From Botryllus schlosseri (Eukaryota): DNA of 64,000 nt. A program made the translations under genes and the position numbers. Under the pieces are notes generated by a model. The model worked only from the letters and a program-made list of their open reading frames with translations. It was not told where the DNA came from and did not search any database. Location: contig CM119371.1 in the NCBI GenBank assembly GCA_051294905.1, forward strand, positions 13,952,001 to 14,016,000, in the 5' to 3' direction. Below, piece after piece: positions 1 through 11,822 of the stretch; within the stretch, counting starts at the first letter, position 1; each line of letters begins with the position of its first letter.

Positions 1-1710
1 AATGAGTTTCAGTTGTTCTGACACTTCAACATGATTTTTATTATATATGAAATGCCATTTTGACGTCGTTCAATGTTAGCGACAAAGTGCAAGCTGATTT
101 TATTGAGATACCTCTGATTCATTGAGTGACACATTTAAAAGTGTCGTTTCAATTGTTTTAGAAACAGACGTAAAACAATTTCATGTGGCACATTTGCACG
201 TTTTTTGGTGTATTTTCCATTGTAATATCCGTATTCGGCCAGATGTTTTTTTTGGTACCGTATCATAAGTCAAAAGTTACTGGCTCTTATTTGAATCTTT
301 GACTGATTGTCTCCTCTCTTATTCAAACGGTGTAGCAGTACTACACCTATCTGCAGTTTTCGTTATATTATTTATTAGTATCGGTGTTGGGATCAAGTCA
401 CTGCCTCCGAGTCACAAGTCGAGTCGAGTCATCGCACATTTTTACACGAGTCAAGACAAGTCAATCGATTTTTGAAAGTGACTCTTGGCAAGACAAGGCA
501 CCAGTCATGCAAAGTTTGATTTTCAAATTATGAGGCATATATCATCATAGTCATTGCATTTTGCTAGATGTTTGAAATGCAAATTGAGTCCCCATTTATT
601 CTGAATCTCGAGTCGACTGTGGAGTTGAATATACGCATACAAAAGTGTTGTGTGGTTCACGCATACGTTATAACTGCTATTTTCAGTTACATTGATACAG
701 CTTTCAGCTATTGCGGGATTTCTTTGAGCAAAATCCAGATGAACTTATCAGCATTCACATTGGAGTCTTTCATACTTATAAAGTCTGGAAACAATTCGAA
801 TATTTGGACTATTGTTATAGTTTACGTTTGCCTGTTTTACGTGTTCGCTATCCACGCCATTTGTCATTCATCTCTGTCAGCTTTTTTGCCTGCAATCTGA
901 GTTTCAATGATGTTGAACCTTCATTCATGCCCGTGCATCTGCTTCGAATTACTTTGTAAGTTATGGTAATCCTACACTTGAATGTCCAATTTTTGTCTTA
1001 TTTTCTATTTTTTTCTTTTTCCAGAGATACAACTAGTCATATTCTAGTGTAGAACCGTGTCCCATATGGCCATATCAACTGCATGATTGGGACTCTCCAA
1101 CAAGATTAGACAAGATTTTCGGATTTGGTCTCAGAAATACACAGCTGTCGAGAGGACTGAGATTCTCAAAATTCGAGATCCACTCATGGAACCAAGAGCA
1201 AGTTTCACTCCAAGCCGTCATAAATCAACATTTCAAATCCTATACACTTTGCTTTGGTTTGCCATTATATGGAGGAGTACCCATAATGGTCACACCAGCT
1301 GGTCTGATGTTAATGTTGTCAATAAATCAGTATTTTGTATCTGAATTTGGACACACTGGTGACTTAGGACCATCTGATCACACTAGGCTGCCTGAAGTCA
1401 GTTTTGGCTGAAGACATGAATATTTGGATTTGGTCACACATGTCTGGGTATTTGGATTTAGATGCAGTAAATTTTGACTAGTTTTCGGTCATTTGCATTC
1501 TGTCTCCTTAGCTATATCACAGACTTTTCGTCATTAGTGCCGTATTTATATATATCGTATTCGAGTGTAGTTGAATCAGTCAATTATTGTTATTGTTCAA
1601 AACGATTCAATTTATGTGATACTGGTGGTTATCAATGCTTCTGTCAAATCCCGCCTCCTATTATATTTTGTATAGTATATACTTGATCAGTGATCACTTC
1701 AGCTATCATA

Positions 1711-3360
1711 ATGCGAAATGTATGTTTGGATGCAGAAAAGCACGCAGTGTCTATGATGACTGAATTGCATCGAATGAAGCAAGATGTCGATCATTGTGAC
1801 TTCATAATTCAAGTTGAAGATGATGTCTATCATACACACAAAAATGTATTGTCGGCAGGTTCCGCATATTTTAAAGCCATGCTCCAACATGAAACAAAAG
1901 AGAGTCGTGAAGGAAAAGTTGTTCTCAAAGATGTGGATTCTCAGTGCGTAAAAAATTGTATCGATTTCATATATTCCGCGAAATTTTACATTCCCGATGG
2001 AAAAATCATTGAACTTCTTCACATCGCAATCATGATGCAGTTGGAAGATGTAAAGCAAGCTGTCTCCAATATTTTGGCGGAATCGATTACCGTTGAGAAT
2101 TACTTCTCTACCAGAAATGTTGGTGATATTTATGGACTGGCAGATGTTTCTTCGAGATGCAGAATATTTTTTCAAGAACACATCATGGAAATTGCAAACC
2201 AAGATGGATTTGGAAGCGTTGAAAAAAATGACCTTCTCTGTCTTATGAAGTCGGGAAAATTGAAATTATGTGAAGAGAAGAAACTAATGTTATCGCTCAA
2301 GTGGATCGACAAATGTCAACATAAAATCGAATATTTGCACGAATATCTCGAATTAATTAAGTTTGATCAAATCTCGCTGGTGTATTTGGAACATATTTTA
2401 GAAACTCACCCCCGTATCTGCAACGATTTCGAGCTGTACAAGTTGATCAATGGATATATTTTGAAAGCTTCGATTAAGGCAAGAGAAAATATTGATACCG
2501 ATGAATTGATAATTTATTTCGATTTGGACACGAATAACCTCCAATCCTTCAACCCAATAACCCGGGAAGTAAAAACTTTCCACGATGAAAAGGCCAATTT
2601 CTCCTTGAAAAATTTTACGTTGACTTCCCTTGACTCATATATTTATGTATTTTGTGAGCAGAAATCTGTTTATCGTCTACATTTTCTTGACAAAGATTCA
2701 AAATGGGAAAAGATGGACAATATGATTTGCGACCACGGTAAATTTCCTCGCTCGGTTTGTGCGACGGGATCCATATTCGTCATTGGAGGAAGCTATCCTA
2801 CAGCAACAACTGATGTGGAAAGATTTGACCCATCTGTAAATCGATGGTTTCAACTGGACAAGAAACCTTCAGCAATTTATTCTGCAAATCTCGTATCATT
2901 GGATGATTCAGTTTATTGTGTTGGAGGTCGAGGACAAGATGGTGTTGAAGTTTCTGCATTCTGCAGATTCACTCCATCGTCAGCAGAGTGGGTTGACCTC
3001 GAACGGATGAGGTATCCTGTGACTGGGTGTGGTGTTGTTGCTGTTGATCGAAAGATATTTGTTATTGGTGGGTGGAGTAGAAGACGGAATGTCAATAACA
3101 TGGAATGTTACGACGTTACTTCGGCACAGTGGTCTTCGTTGTCGCCGATGAAATATCGTTGCCTCTGGCTTTCCGCATATACAATTGGCAACTGGATTTA
3201 TGCAGTATACAATTGCGCCGGCTATGATCGTATTGAGAAGTATGATTTATCGAACAACAAATGGTATAACGTGGAATTAAATGCAGATCAATCTTGCTTG
3301 CATTTTAGATCTGCAATTGTGTGCTTAAAGTCACAGAGGTTGGCAAGGTTGTCAACGTGA
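1711..3360 (+). CDS. Kelch-like protein (BTB-BACK-Kelch), intronless ORF, type A copy 1
   Basis: BTB motifs (CDFIIQV, HKNVLSAGSAYFKAM, IDFIYS), BACK region and Kelch GG..Y/F..W repeats. First ATG at 1711 inside the GTG-started ORF 1690..3360. Confidence 0.92.
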   Translation: MRNVCLDAEKHAVSMMTELHRMKQDVDHCDFIIQVEDDVYHTHKNVLSAGSAYFKAMLQHETKESREGKVVLKDVDSQCVKNCIDFIYSAKFYIPDGKIIELLHIAIMMQLEDVKQAVSNILAESITVENYFSTRNVGDIYGLADVSSRCRIFFQEHIMEIANQDGFGSVEKNDLLCLMKSGKLKLCEEKKLMLSLKWIDKCQHKIEYLHEYLELIKFDQISLVYLEHILETHPRICNDFELYKLINGYILKASIKARENIDTDELIIYFDLDTNNLQSFNPITREVKTFHDEKANFSLKNFTLTSLDSYIYVFCEQKSVYRLHFLDKDSKWEKMDNMICDHGKFPRSVCATGSIFVIGGSYPTATTDVERFDPSVNRWFQLDKKPSAIYSANLVSLDDSVYCVGGRGQDGVEVSAFCRFTPSSAEWVDLERMRYPVTGCGVVAVDRKIFVIGGWSRRRNVNNMECYDVTSAQWSSLSPMKYRCLWLSAYTIGNWIYAVYNCAGYDRIEKYDLSNNKWYNVELNADQSCLHFRSAIVCLKSQRLARLST

Positions 3361-4584
3361 CAACTCAAGTAGGATTAGTGCCGTAAAGTTCCACTCAATT
3401 TCAAGCAGCTCTAGCTATTTCTGTTACATGAAGCTGAAGTGCTTGAGTAAGCTGCTCAAGTAAGTAATTTCAAATTGTAGAATTTGGTCGTCGGGTTTCA
3501 TAGTTCTAGTAGTAATAGGATGTGGGTAGTAGGCCTACTGTAGAAATTGCTAGATGCATCTTCTTGACTAGTGCAAAGTGACTGACGAAACTACAAACGG
3601 ATACATGCTTCCAAAATATATGTAGTTAAAATAGTCCATGGGCTATTTAAAGCCGTTCTTAGGAATCATAAACATGATCTACATGATGCAGATTTATCCC
3701 CAAACTACTTTCTACTTTTTACAATTATAAGAAGATGGTTATGCCTCAAAAACTGCTCAAGAATCGAACACGGGCAAAACTGTAGTACTCTATAAACGTA
3801 GAAGTAGCTCTTTACTGATAACCACTGATTTCTTTCGTATCGTTTTTGCATGGGGCACAGCAGAATTTCAATCTATCTTTAATAGGGTTACCATATTTTG
3901 AGATCCTGGATTTTTTCCACAGATTCAGAAAGCTCTAGTACCGGCAAAGAAAACTAGTGATATCGAGAAGTTTTCGACCAATAGAACTGTGTTGAATCAA
4001 AATAGAGAACATTTAGGCATCATCTCAGGACACTTACAATTTATTGGAAAAAGAGGACAAATCCTCCCGTATGGTAACCCTAACCTCTTATCGCTTTCAG
4101 GGTGTATGTTGAAAACATGACTACAGTCTAAAATTTTTCATGAATATCCTAGTATAAAAAGTGTATTGCTTAAAATATGTTGAGTAGAAGCAGATATTCC
4201 TGAGAAATATTAGTAATCTATAAATTTAACAACGTAAGTAAGCAGCGAAAGTAGGTTTTTCATGTTTGTATTCACGTACCTGTAGATGTTTTCTTTTCCC
4301 ACTATAAAAGGACAAAGTTGATGCTTTTGTTCCACCCTGATATTTACTGTCTCTTATTTGACTTGTGAGAAATGAGTGGGAGACTGGAAGCCCTACACCT
4401 ACTTGAATTTTTTTGTGAAATTAGGTGTTGCGGGTGACTTATCAATGGTGGTTATTCTATCATTATAAGAATTAGTATTATGCGTATTTTTTCTGCTATT
4501 GGTATGATATCTATATCTAATCATTTTTATTTTTTAAAACAGCACTAGCCTTTATTATATATCCTTTGCAAGCAATTTGTGATC

Positions 4585-6147
4585 ATGGTGCAGGTTCTTT
4601 TTCAAGATGTAGAGAAACATGCAGTGAAGATCCTCGAGGAATTACATCGAATGAAGCAGGATAATGATCATTGTGATTTCATAGTTCAAGTCGAAAATGA
4701 TGTGTATCACACCCACAAAAATATATTGTCAGCCGGCTCGAATTATTTCAGAGCTATGTTGAAGCATGACACCAAAGAGAGTCGCGAAGGAAGAGTTGTT
4801 TTCAAAGATGTCGATTCCGAGTGTGTGAAAAATTGCATCAATTTTATATATTCCAGTAAAGTTGAGATTCCGGACGGAAAGATGATTGAACTTCTTCACG
4901 TCGCAATCATTCTGCAGTTGGAAAATGTAAAGCATGCAATATCCGATATTTTGGTGGAATCCATCACTGTTGACAATTACTTCGCTACAAGAAATATTGG
5001 TGATATTTATGGCCTTGTCGATGTTTCTTTGAGATGCCGAATGTTTTTACAAGTCAATTTCTTTGAAATTGCTAACCAAGCAGGATTTGGAAGTGTTGAG
5101 AAAAATGACATTTTCAGTTTTATAAAGTGGGCAAAGTTGATGTTGTTGGAAGAAGAAAAACTGGAGTTGTCTCTTATGTGGATCGAGACAAGTTCAAAGA
5201 AGAAGGAACATTTGCATGAATTTCTCGAATTGATCGAGTATGAGGGAATTTCTCCGTCATTTTTGAAACATTTCCTTGACACTCACCCCATTATCAGGAA
5301 TGACTCCAAGTCGTACAAGTTGATCAGTGAACATATTCAGGAAGCATCCGAATTAGTAGTTCTTTTCGATGATAATGCAGATTGTATGCTAGCTCTTAAT
5401 CCAAGAACCGAAAACACAACCAAGTTTCACAACGCAAAGCTGAACCATGAGAACTATTTCACAACCATTTTTCTTGACCGGAATATTTACATTTTCTGTA
5501 ACGATAAATCAGTGTATCGGCTCGATTTTCAAAGAAAAAATTCAAAATGGCAAAGGATGGAAGATATGATTTGTTACCACGGTGTGTATCCTAGATCGGT
5601 GTTATTTTGTGGATCAATATTTGTCATTGGAGGAAGTGATGAAGTGAAAACGAATGATGTGGAAAGATTTGACCCCTCAGTAAATCGATGGTTTCAACTA
5701 CAAAACATTCCTAGAAAAATTTGTGATGCCGGTCTCGTATCACTGAATGATTCCGTCTATTGTATCCAATTCGAACCTTTCTGTAAATTCACTCCCTCGT
5801 TGTCAGAGTGGGTTGATCTCGAACCAATGAGATGTCCTGTTGGCGGATGTGGGGTGGTTGCAATAAACCAAAAGATATTTGTGACAGGTGGGTGGAGCGG
5901 AGGAGAGAAGACCGACCACGTAGAATGTTACGATGTCACTTCAGCTCAATGGTCTTCATTGTCATGTCTGAATTTTAAGCATGGACACAATACCGCTTAT
6001 CACATCGGCAATTGGATTTTTGTAGTGAATGCGTTTGAGGCAGAAGTCATTGAGAAATATGATTTAGTGAACAAAAGATGGTGTAGCGTAAAAAGAGAAT
6101 CGGATCAATCTTACGGAATACGCGGATCTGCAATGGTGAATATATAG
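4585..6147 (+). CDS. Kelch-like protein (BTB-BACK-Kelch), type B copy 1
   Basis: Same BTB/BACK/Kelch motifs; ATG at 4585; short in-frame deletion in one Kelch blade relative to paralogs (YCIQFEPFCKF). Confidence 0.9.
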   Translation: MVQVLFQDVEKHAVKILEELHRMKQDNDHCDFIVQVENDVYHTHKNILSAGSNYFRAMLKHDTKESREGRVVFKDVDSECVKNCINFIYSSKVEIPDGKMIELLHVAIILQLENVKHAISDILVESITVDNYFATRNIGDIYGLVDVSLRCRMFLQVNFFEIANQAGFGSVEKNDIFSFIKWAKLMLLEEEKLELSLMWIETSSKKKEHLHEFLELIEYEGISPSFLKHFLDTHPIIRNDSKSYKLISEHIQEASELVVLFDDNADCMLALNPRTENTTKFHNAKLNHENYFTTIFLDRNIYIFCNDKSVYRLDFQRKNSKWQRMEDMICYHGVYPRSVLFCGSIFVIGGSDEVKTNDVERFDPSVNRWFQLQNIPRKICDAGLVSLNDSVYCIQFEPFCKFTPSLSEWVDLEPMRCPVGGCGVVAINQKIFVTGGWSGGEKTDHVECYDVTSAQWSSLSCLNFKHGHNTAYHIGNWIFVVNAFEAEVIEKYDLVNKRWCSVKRESDQSYGIRGSAMVNI

Positions 6148-7561
6148 ATCAGTGGTTCTCCAAGTGAATACGGCGCCAATCTTAGGAGGACATGACATAT
6201 TTTCGAACTACAAACATCCCTGAATCATGTTTACACATGCATTCCTGACCTTGGAATCAATTTCAGTATTGCCAAAACTTGAATGATTTGAAATGCCGTT
6301 ATCAGGCATTCAATAACGGAGACAGATTACCTGTGTGCCAGCTCATTTTACTGAGGCAATTTTGATATTTTAGTGACACATCAACTCAGTTTTGTGTTAC
6401 AAATTGGCACGCATTGTTTGGAATAATTTAGTCGAATCCTTTTCCAACCCAAACCTAATCTAACAAGATATGTTTGAACTAGTTAAAATGACTTCTCAAG
6501 TAGAATTATCATTAGTGCCATTAATTTATACCTGTAATTAATTACAAGTAGCTGTAGCAATATGTAAGACATACCAAAAGCACTTCAAGTGGAAGTAGAA
6601 AATAAAAGGCCTGTAACCGAAAATAACTGTTTCGATGAGTAGACTTGGTTGATAGGCCGCATACTTAGCACTTAATGGGAGTTGGCACTTTTAAAATTGG
6701 GAGATGTCTTTTCGCGGCACAAATAAGATACCACTACTGTTACATGACCTGGAACATTACAGGTACAATATTTACAAATATTCACTATTCAGGTACGATA
6801 GGGCCGGCTATTCCACCTGGTTCTTAGCACTATTTCACAGAGTTGTAACCAAGTCAAAAGGTTCCGAATCACAAGTCAATCTCACTTTTCTAGTTTTGAC
6901 TCGACTCAAGTCGAGTCATTTTCAATTCCTCACCGAGTCAAGTCCTAGTCCAAGTCATTATGTTCACTGTTCAGTTTTCAGTTCAATCGGATTCAACCCG
7001 CTTTTTGCAACACTGCTCAAGTGATATTGAATGGCTCACATTTATAATATCATAATTTTTCTCAGTCACAACATTTTCCTGCCCATTTCCCAAGTATCAG
7101 GACTGATAGACGAAATACTAATAATGTGGTGACAATGTGTGGTTACAATGAAATATCTGTCTTGGCCGTCCTATTCTCGAGTCATATGACTTTGTTCGAG
7201 TCGTGCAAGATGGCTCGAGTACAAGTCGAGTCAATGCACAAATTTCTCTAGTCGAGTCATTTTACGCATTTCAAAAAATGACTTGAGTCATTATAACCCC
7301 AACTACTTGCATTGTTGTTTATTACCCTTAGATTTTATGAAGTAAAAGATTGTGTGAGTTATGTTAGCATTTTTAACCTTAACGAGTGAAATTGTCATAT
7401 CAATTGTGCTGGCTGTACCACAATAACTGAAGGTATTTTCTAAAATCGTAGAGTCCTGCATGGGCATTTTTTGAAATACGTCTTCAGTGTTCATGAAAAT
7501 TCTCCTGTTCTTCTATTTTTATAGCATATACCCTACTTAATCAGTGATCACTTCATCTATC

Positions 7562-9197
7562 ATGGTGCGAAATGTATATTTGGATGCGGAAAAGCACGCA
7601 GTGTCTATGATGACTGAATTGCATCGAATGAAGCAAGATATCGATCATTGTGACTTCATAATTCAAGTCGAAGATGATGTCTATCACACACACAAAAAGG
7701 TATTGTCGGCTGGTTCCGTATATTTTAGAGCCATGTTGAAACACCACACAAAAGAGAGTCATGAAGGAAGAGTCGTTCTCAAAGATGTCGATTCTCAATG
7801 TGTCAAAAATTGCATCGATTTCATATATTCTGCCACATTTCAGATTCCTGATGGAAAAGTTATTGACCTTCTTCACGTCGCAATCATGATGCAATTGGAT
7901 GATGTAAAGCAAGCTGTCTCCACTATTTTAGCGAAAGCAATTACCGTTGAGAATTACTTCGCTACCAGGAATGTTGCTGATATTTATGGACTGGCGGATG
8001 TTTCTTCGAGATGCAGAATATTTTTACAAGATCATATCATGGAAATCGCTAATCAAGATGGATTTGGTAGCGTTGAAAAAAATGACCTTCTCAGCCTTAT
8101 GAAGTCGAGAAAATTTAAATTAAGCGAAGAAGAAAAGCTTACGTTATCCCTCAAGTGGGTCGAGAAAAGTAAAAGTGAATATTTGCACGAATATCTCAAA
8201 GTAATCAAGTTTGATAAAATCTCGCCGGTGTGTTTGCAACATATTCTACAAACCCACCCCCGTATCTGCAACGATTTCGGGCTGTACAAGCTGATCAATG
8301 GATATATTTTGAAAGCTTGGATCAAGGAAAGAGAGAATATTGATGCTGACGAATTGATAATTTTTTTTGAATTGGACACAAATAACCTCCGATCTTTCAA
8401 CCCAATGACAGAGGAAGTAAAAAATTTCCACGATGAAAAGGCCAAGTTCTCTTTGAAGAATTTTACATTAACTTCCCTTGACTCATATATTTATGCATTG
8501 TGTGAGGAGAAATTGGTTTATCGGCTAAATTTTCTTCTTAAAAACTCAAAATGGGAAAAGATGAACAACATGATTTGCGACCATGGTGTGCTTCCTCCCT
8601 CAGTTTCTGTTACTGGTTCCATGTACATCATTGGAGGAAGTGAATTCACAGCAACAACTGATGTGGAAAGATTTGACCCATCTGTAAATAAATGGTTTCA
8701 ACTGGAAAACAAACCGTCAGCAATTTGCGATGCAAGTCTCGTATCACTGGATGACTCCGTTTATTGTATCGGAGGAAAAGCACAAGATGGTACAGTAGTT
8801 GCATCATTCTCCGGATTCACTCCATCCTCATCAGAGTGGGTTGATCTCGAACCAATGAAATATCCAGTGTATGGCTGTGGTGTTGTTTCAGTTCATCAAA
8901 AGATAATTGTGATCGAGTGGTGAAGGTGTCATCGATAACGTAGAATGTTACGATGTTACTTCAGCTCAGTGGACTTCGTTGTCGTCTATGAATGGTTGTC
9001 GTAGTGGGACTGCCGCATATCAAATCGGCAAATGGATTTTTGCATTGTCCAAGTCTGATGAGATTTTTGTCGTTGAGAAGTATGATACATCAAACAACAA
9101 ATGGCGGAGGCCTACCATGGGGTTGAGACTAAATCGATCTTACAATATCTACGAATCCACTATGGTGAAGGTAAAGTCGCAGAGGTTCTCAAATTAG
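7562..9197 (+). pseudogene. Frameshifted KLHL-like paralog of the 1711 gene (type A copy 2)
   Basis: ORF closely similar to 1711..3360 stops at 8923 after IIVIEW; homologous Kelch sequence (ECYDVTSAQWTSL...EKYDTSNNKW) continues in another frame to 9197. Confidence 0.8.
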
Positions 9198-9226
9198 TTG
9201 GTGTTGCAGTTCTCGAGTAGAGAGTA

Positions 9227-10052
9227 CCGTAATTTTCCATGTATAATGCGCAAAATTTTACCGATTTTTTGCTCTAAAATAGGGGGTGCGTATTATACAT
9301 GGGTACAGTAAGCCTTGAAAAAAAAATCCCTCGATCAAGAACTTGAAATTACACCTTTCTTCATGTTTGTTTAAATCGCGCATCACCTCTAGCCATTGGG
9401 CCCCGTAATTCGTATTATAGAGTGTAACGCGCTGCCAAATAGAGAAGCGTGTTGCTAATTAACGAAAAGCGAGTTTCTAATTAACGAGAGTCGTCTGCAC
9501 AGCACACGATCTCTTGCTTTTAGTTTGCCGTTTGTACGCGAGCGAAATTAGGTCGCTGATTGCTACAAGCGTGGCGCTGCGCGGCAATCCTTTCGGATTT
9601 ATCGCGTCAACGACAGGCCTTAACAATCGCATACACATGTGCGCAAGATAAAATCGCTTGCGTAATCAGTCGCATCTCCAACAGGACTGGTGCGCCCGAC
9701 ATAACCGTTGGCCTGAGAAATCGCATCTGTAATTGTAATAGGCCTCGTGTGCAAGATGTCGTGTGTCGCTAGCCTGAACTATCGCGTCGCCGACCTCACA
9801 GGCTTGGGCTACTATCTACTCTCGTTTAGAGACAATGCCGTCAATTGTATTTTGATTAGCGATCATTCTGTCATGATTGTTCGACAGTGACATCGGAAAA
9901 CAGAACAACATCGTGTACTAAAACGCCACTACTCATGTACTGCGAATGCAGGGTGCGTACTATACATGGGTACAGGCTTTTTCCTAGAATATACACGCCA
10001 TTTTAAGGGTGCGTATTATACATGGGGGCGCACTATATTCGGAAAATTACGG
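9227..10052. mobile_element. Non-autonomous Tc1/mariner (Tc2/pogo-like) DNA transposon
   Basis: TIRs CCGTAATTTTCC / GGAAAATTACGG flanked by TA; second copy at 21768..22689. Confidence 0.85.
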
Positions 10053-10354
10053 TACTCTAAATTTCCACTCAACAACATGTGTAAGTGGCAATTTCCAACA
10101 TAATAGCACTAAAAGTGGAAGTACAAAATTGATAATGGTCAATTCCAATATAATTCGGAAAATCTTTTGAGATTTGTAATGCCTACCCCCAGAATTGTCC
10201 AATATCTACATATGTTATTCTTTTTTAAAGTCTGAATAAATAAATAAAAATTTGAGAAATTTTCAGCGGTTCAAAAGATTACCGTTTGAAACTTTCTTGT
10301 CACTAGGTCGCACCGCATGGAGAAAACCATGAAAATCAATATTCTACGCTGCTT

Positions 10355-11527
10355 TAAGATGCCGAATGTTTGTACAAGAAAATATCATGGAAATCGCAAA
10401 CCATGCTTGATTTGGAAGTGTTGAAAAAAGTAACATTCCGTTCTTTAAAGTCTGCAAATCGGAAGTAATTGGAAGAAGAGAAACTAAAGTTATCGCTCAA
10501 GTGGATCGAGACCTGTGAAACGAAGAAGGAATATTTGACCGAATGTCTCGAATTGATCGAGTGTGATTGAATTTCTGCTGCCTTTTGACAAGAAATTCTA
10601 GAAACCTCCCCTGTTATCAGGAATGACTCGAACTTGTACAAGTTGTTTATCGGACTTCTTCCGGGATCGTCAGTTGAACAAATAGAGAGAAAAGAATTAA
10701 TACCGGTAGTTATTTTTGATGATTACGATAATTGTATACTATCCGTTGATCTAATAACCGAGAAAATCGACAAGTATCACAACTCAGAGTTGGCAAATGA
10801 AGATGGGTTCTCAATAATTTCTTATCAGCGGTGTATTTATTTTTTTTGCATCAGTAAATCAGTTCATCGACTCGGTATTGAAAGAAAAAATACAGACTGG
10901 CAAAGAATGGAATATATGATTTGTGACCACGGTGGGCGTCCTAGCTCAGTGTTATTGTGCGGATCCATATTTCTCATTGGAGGAAGTTATGAAATGAAAA
11001 CGAATGGTGTAGAAAGATTTGACCCCTCGGTAAATCGATGGTCTCCACAGCGAAACTCGCCGACAGCAATTCGTGATGCAAGTCTTGCATAATTGAATGA
11101 TTTCATTCAATATATCGGAGGTGAAACTCAAGATGGTTTCGAAGATTCTTCATTCTACAGATTTACTCCATCGTCATCAGAGTGGGATATATTTGAGCCA
11201 ATGAGATATCCTGTTTGTGGATGCGGTGCAGTTGCAATCGATCAAAAGATATTTGTGACCGGTAGGTGGAATGAAGGAGATTTCATCAATAGTGTTGAAT
11301 GTTATGATGTTACTTCAGCTCAATGGACTTCCTTGTCATCTCGGAATTTTGATCATGGATGCAATACCGCTTATCGCATCGGCAACTGGATTTTTGTAGT
11401 GGATACATTTGGCGTTGTACGTGATGTCATTGAGAAATATGATTTAGTGAACAAAAAATGGTGTAGCATCAATAAGGAAGTAGATCAATCTTTCCGTATC
11501 TGAGGATCTGCTATTGTGAAGATATAG
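10355..11527 (+). pseudogene. 5'-truncated KLHL-like pseudogene (type B copy 2)
   Basis: BACK and Kelch fragments in several frames with stops (e.g. 11090, 11501); no BTB; 3' end matches the end of the 4585 gene (GTGAAGATATAGATCAGTG vs GTGAATATATAGATCAGTG). Confidence 0.85.
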
Positions 11528-11564
11528 ATCAGTGAATCAATACCAGTCACTAGTCACTGAATAG

Positions 11565-11822
11565 TATTCAGCCTTCAAGTTAGACGGACCATGACCTGAC
11601 ATATCGATATCGCCTTCCGACACACGTCACCTCTTTTTGTCGCTTGTATTCTTTTACTTTTTGTTCAGTGTGCATGCCTCCTTTCTACACCGCTTAGGCC
11701 CAGGTGGGTCTCTGATTTCGAAGACTACTTCCATCTGTTTCGATATCTTCCTATCTTTTCATTGTATTACAGTCTTGTGGTGTATTGAAATGTTAAAATT
11801 GTAATATTAAATTGAATTGATT
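11565..11822 (+). mobile_element. 5'-truncated 3' end of the L2/CR1-group LINE family
   Basis: Aligns by eye to 40845..41119 (TTCAGTGTGCATGCCTCC, GTGGTGTATTGAA). Confidence 0.75.

Noticed and set aside
568..1480. Short ORFs and exon-like segment (AG near 707, GTAAG at 956)
   Set aside because: All frames after the next acceptor hit stops and no domain is recognisable with confidence; possibly a decayed gene.
1699..2202. Antisense ORFs over KLHL genes (also 4729, 7553, 8053)
   Set aside because: Shadow ORFs of the sense coding frame with no independent signal.
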